The translations under genes and the position numbers were made by a program. DNA of 64,000 nt from Mytilus edulis (taxonomy: Eukaryota), in assembly GCF_963676685.1 (NCBI RefSeq), contig NC_092344.1, positions 25,296,001-25,360,000 on the forward strand. Reading direction: 5' to 3'. The notes beneath the pieces are model-generated. The model did no database searches and was not told where the DNA came from. It saw only the letters and a list, made by a program, of their open reading frames with translations. Below, one piece after another: positions 63,607 through 64,000 of this stretch (its first letter is position 1; every line of letters begins with the position of its first letter).

Positions 63607-64000
63607 GTGGAAAGAAATGCAGGAGTTGGTTGGATCCGCGTCACCTGTTTCACGGAACTAGTAAATTCCAATCGGAAACATGCGTTTATACAAGGTCAAA
63701 TGACAAAAAAGGGATTGTAGTTAGACTCATAGGCATGTAATAGAGTGTTGAGAGAGAGCAAGCCGAAAGTTAGAAAAGTGCTAGAATCCGCGTCACCTGT
63801 TTGTCGCCTTGCTTTTTCCCCTGAAATAATTCCTTCTAAATTATAGATATAAACTATATGGAGGTGCGTATATACATGTCATAATACGGATAATTGAGAA
63901 TACTTTATTTACAAAGTTTTGCCAGAGACATTATCTTTTGATCATAAAAAAGCTTTTACTACCTAAGTTTTATGTAATTCTATATTTAATTTTAACGCTA

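Noticed and set aside
39000-64000. Numerous 60-140 aa ORFs in the right third (e.g. 43297-43710, 56530-56790, 60701-61000)
   Set aside because: They lie in satellites or MITEs, have low-complexity composition and show no domain signatures

Overview
AT-rich, repeat-dense animal genomic DNA; repeat types and spliceosomal introns suggest a marine invertebrate, probably a bivalve such as Mytilus (inference only). The core (~14.6-32.55 kb) is an endogenous Polinton/Maverick (adintovirus-like) provirus. It encodes a packaging ATPase, a protein-primed PolB, an adenain-type protease, a double jelly-roll major capsid protein, a very short penton, a basic core protein, an RVE integrase with chromodomain, a single-BIR IAP and several accessory genes. 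Reading across the ORF track shows structure the track misses: PolB carries two GT-AG introns; a spliced PC4-like gene; and a multi-exon type I membrane protein gene (signal peptide, Ser/Thr stalk) with two phase-compatible alternative TM/tail exons. No terminal inverted repeats are visible. On the right the provirus is joined, through a scrambled array of iterated short motifs, to a 3'-truncated Helitron/Helentron ORF (32.8-38.7 kb, minus strand) with tandem herpes-type C76 and OTU deubiquitinase domains and a HUH Rep but no helicase. The flanks hold a host FkbM-type methyltransferase, a repeat-protein pseudogene, inverted Penelope RT fragments, nested MITEs, Helentron-derived HINEs and satellites. 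There are two assembly gaps (16636-16872 and 58736-58875). All family calls are from motif recognition; no database search was run.
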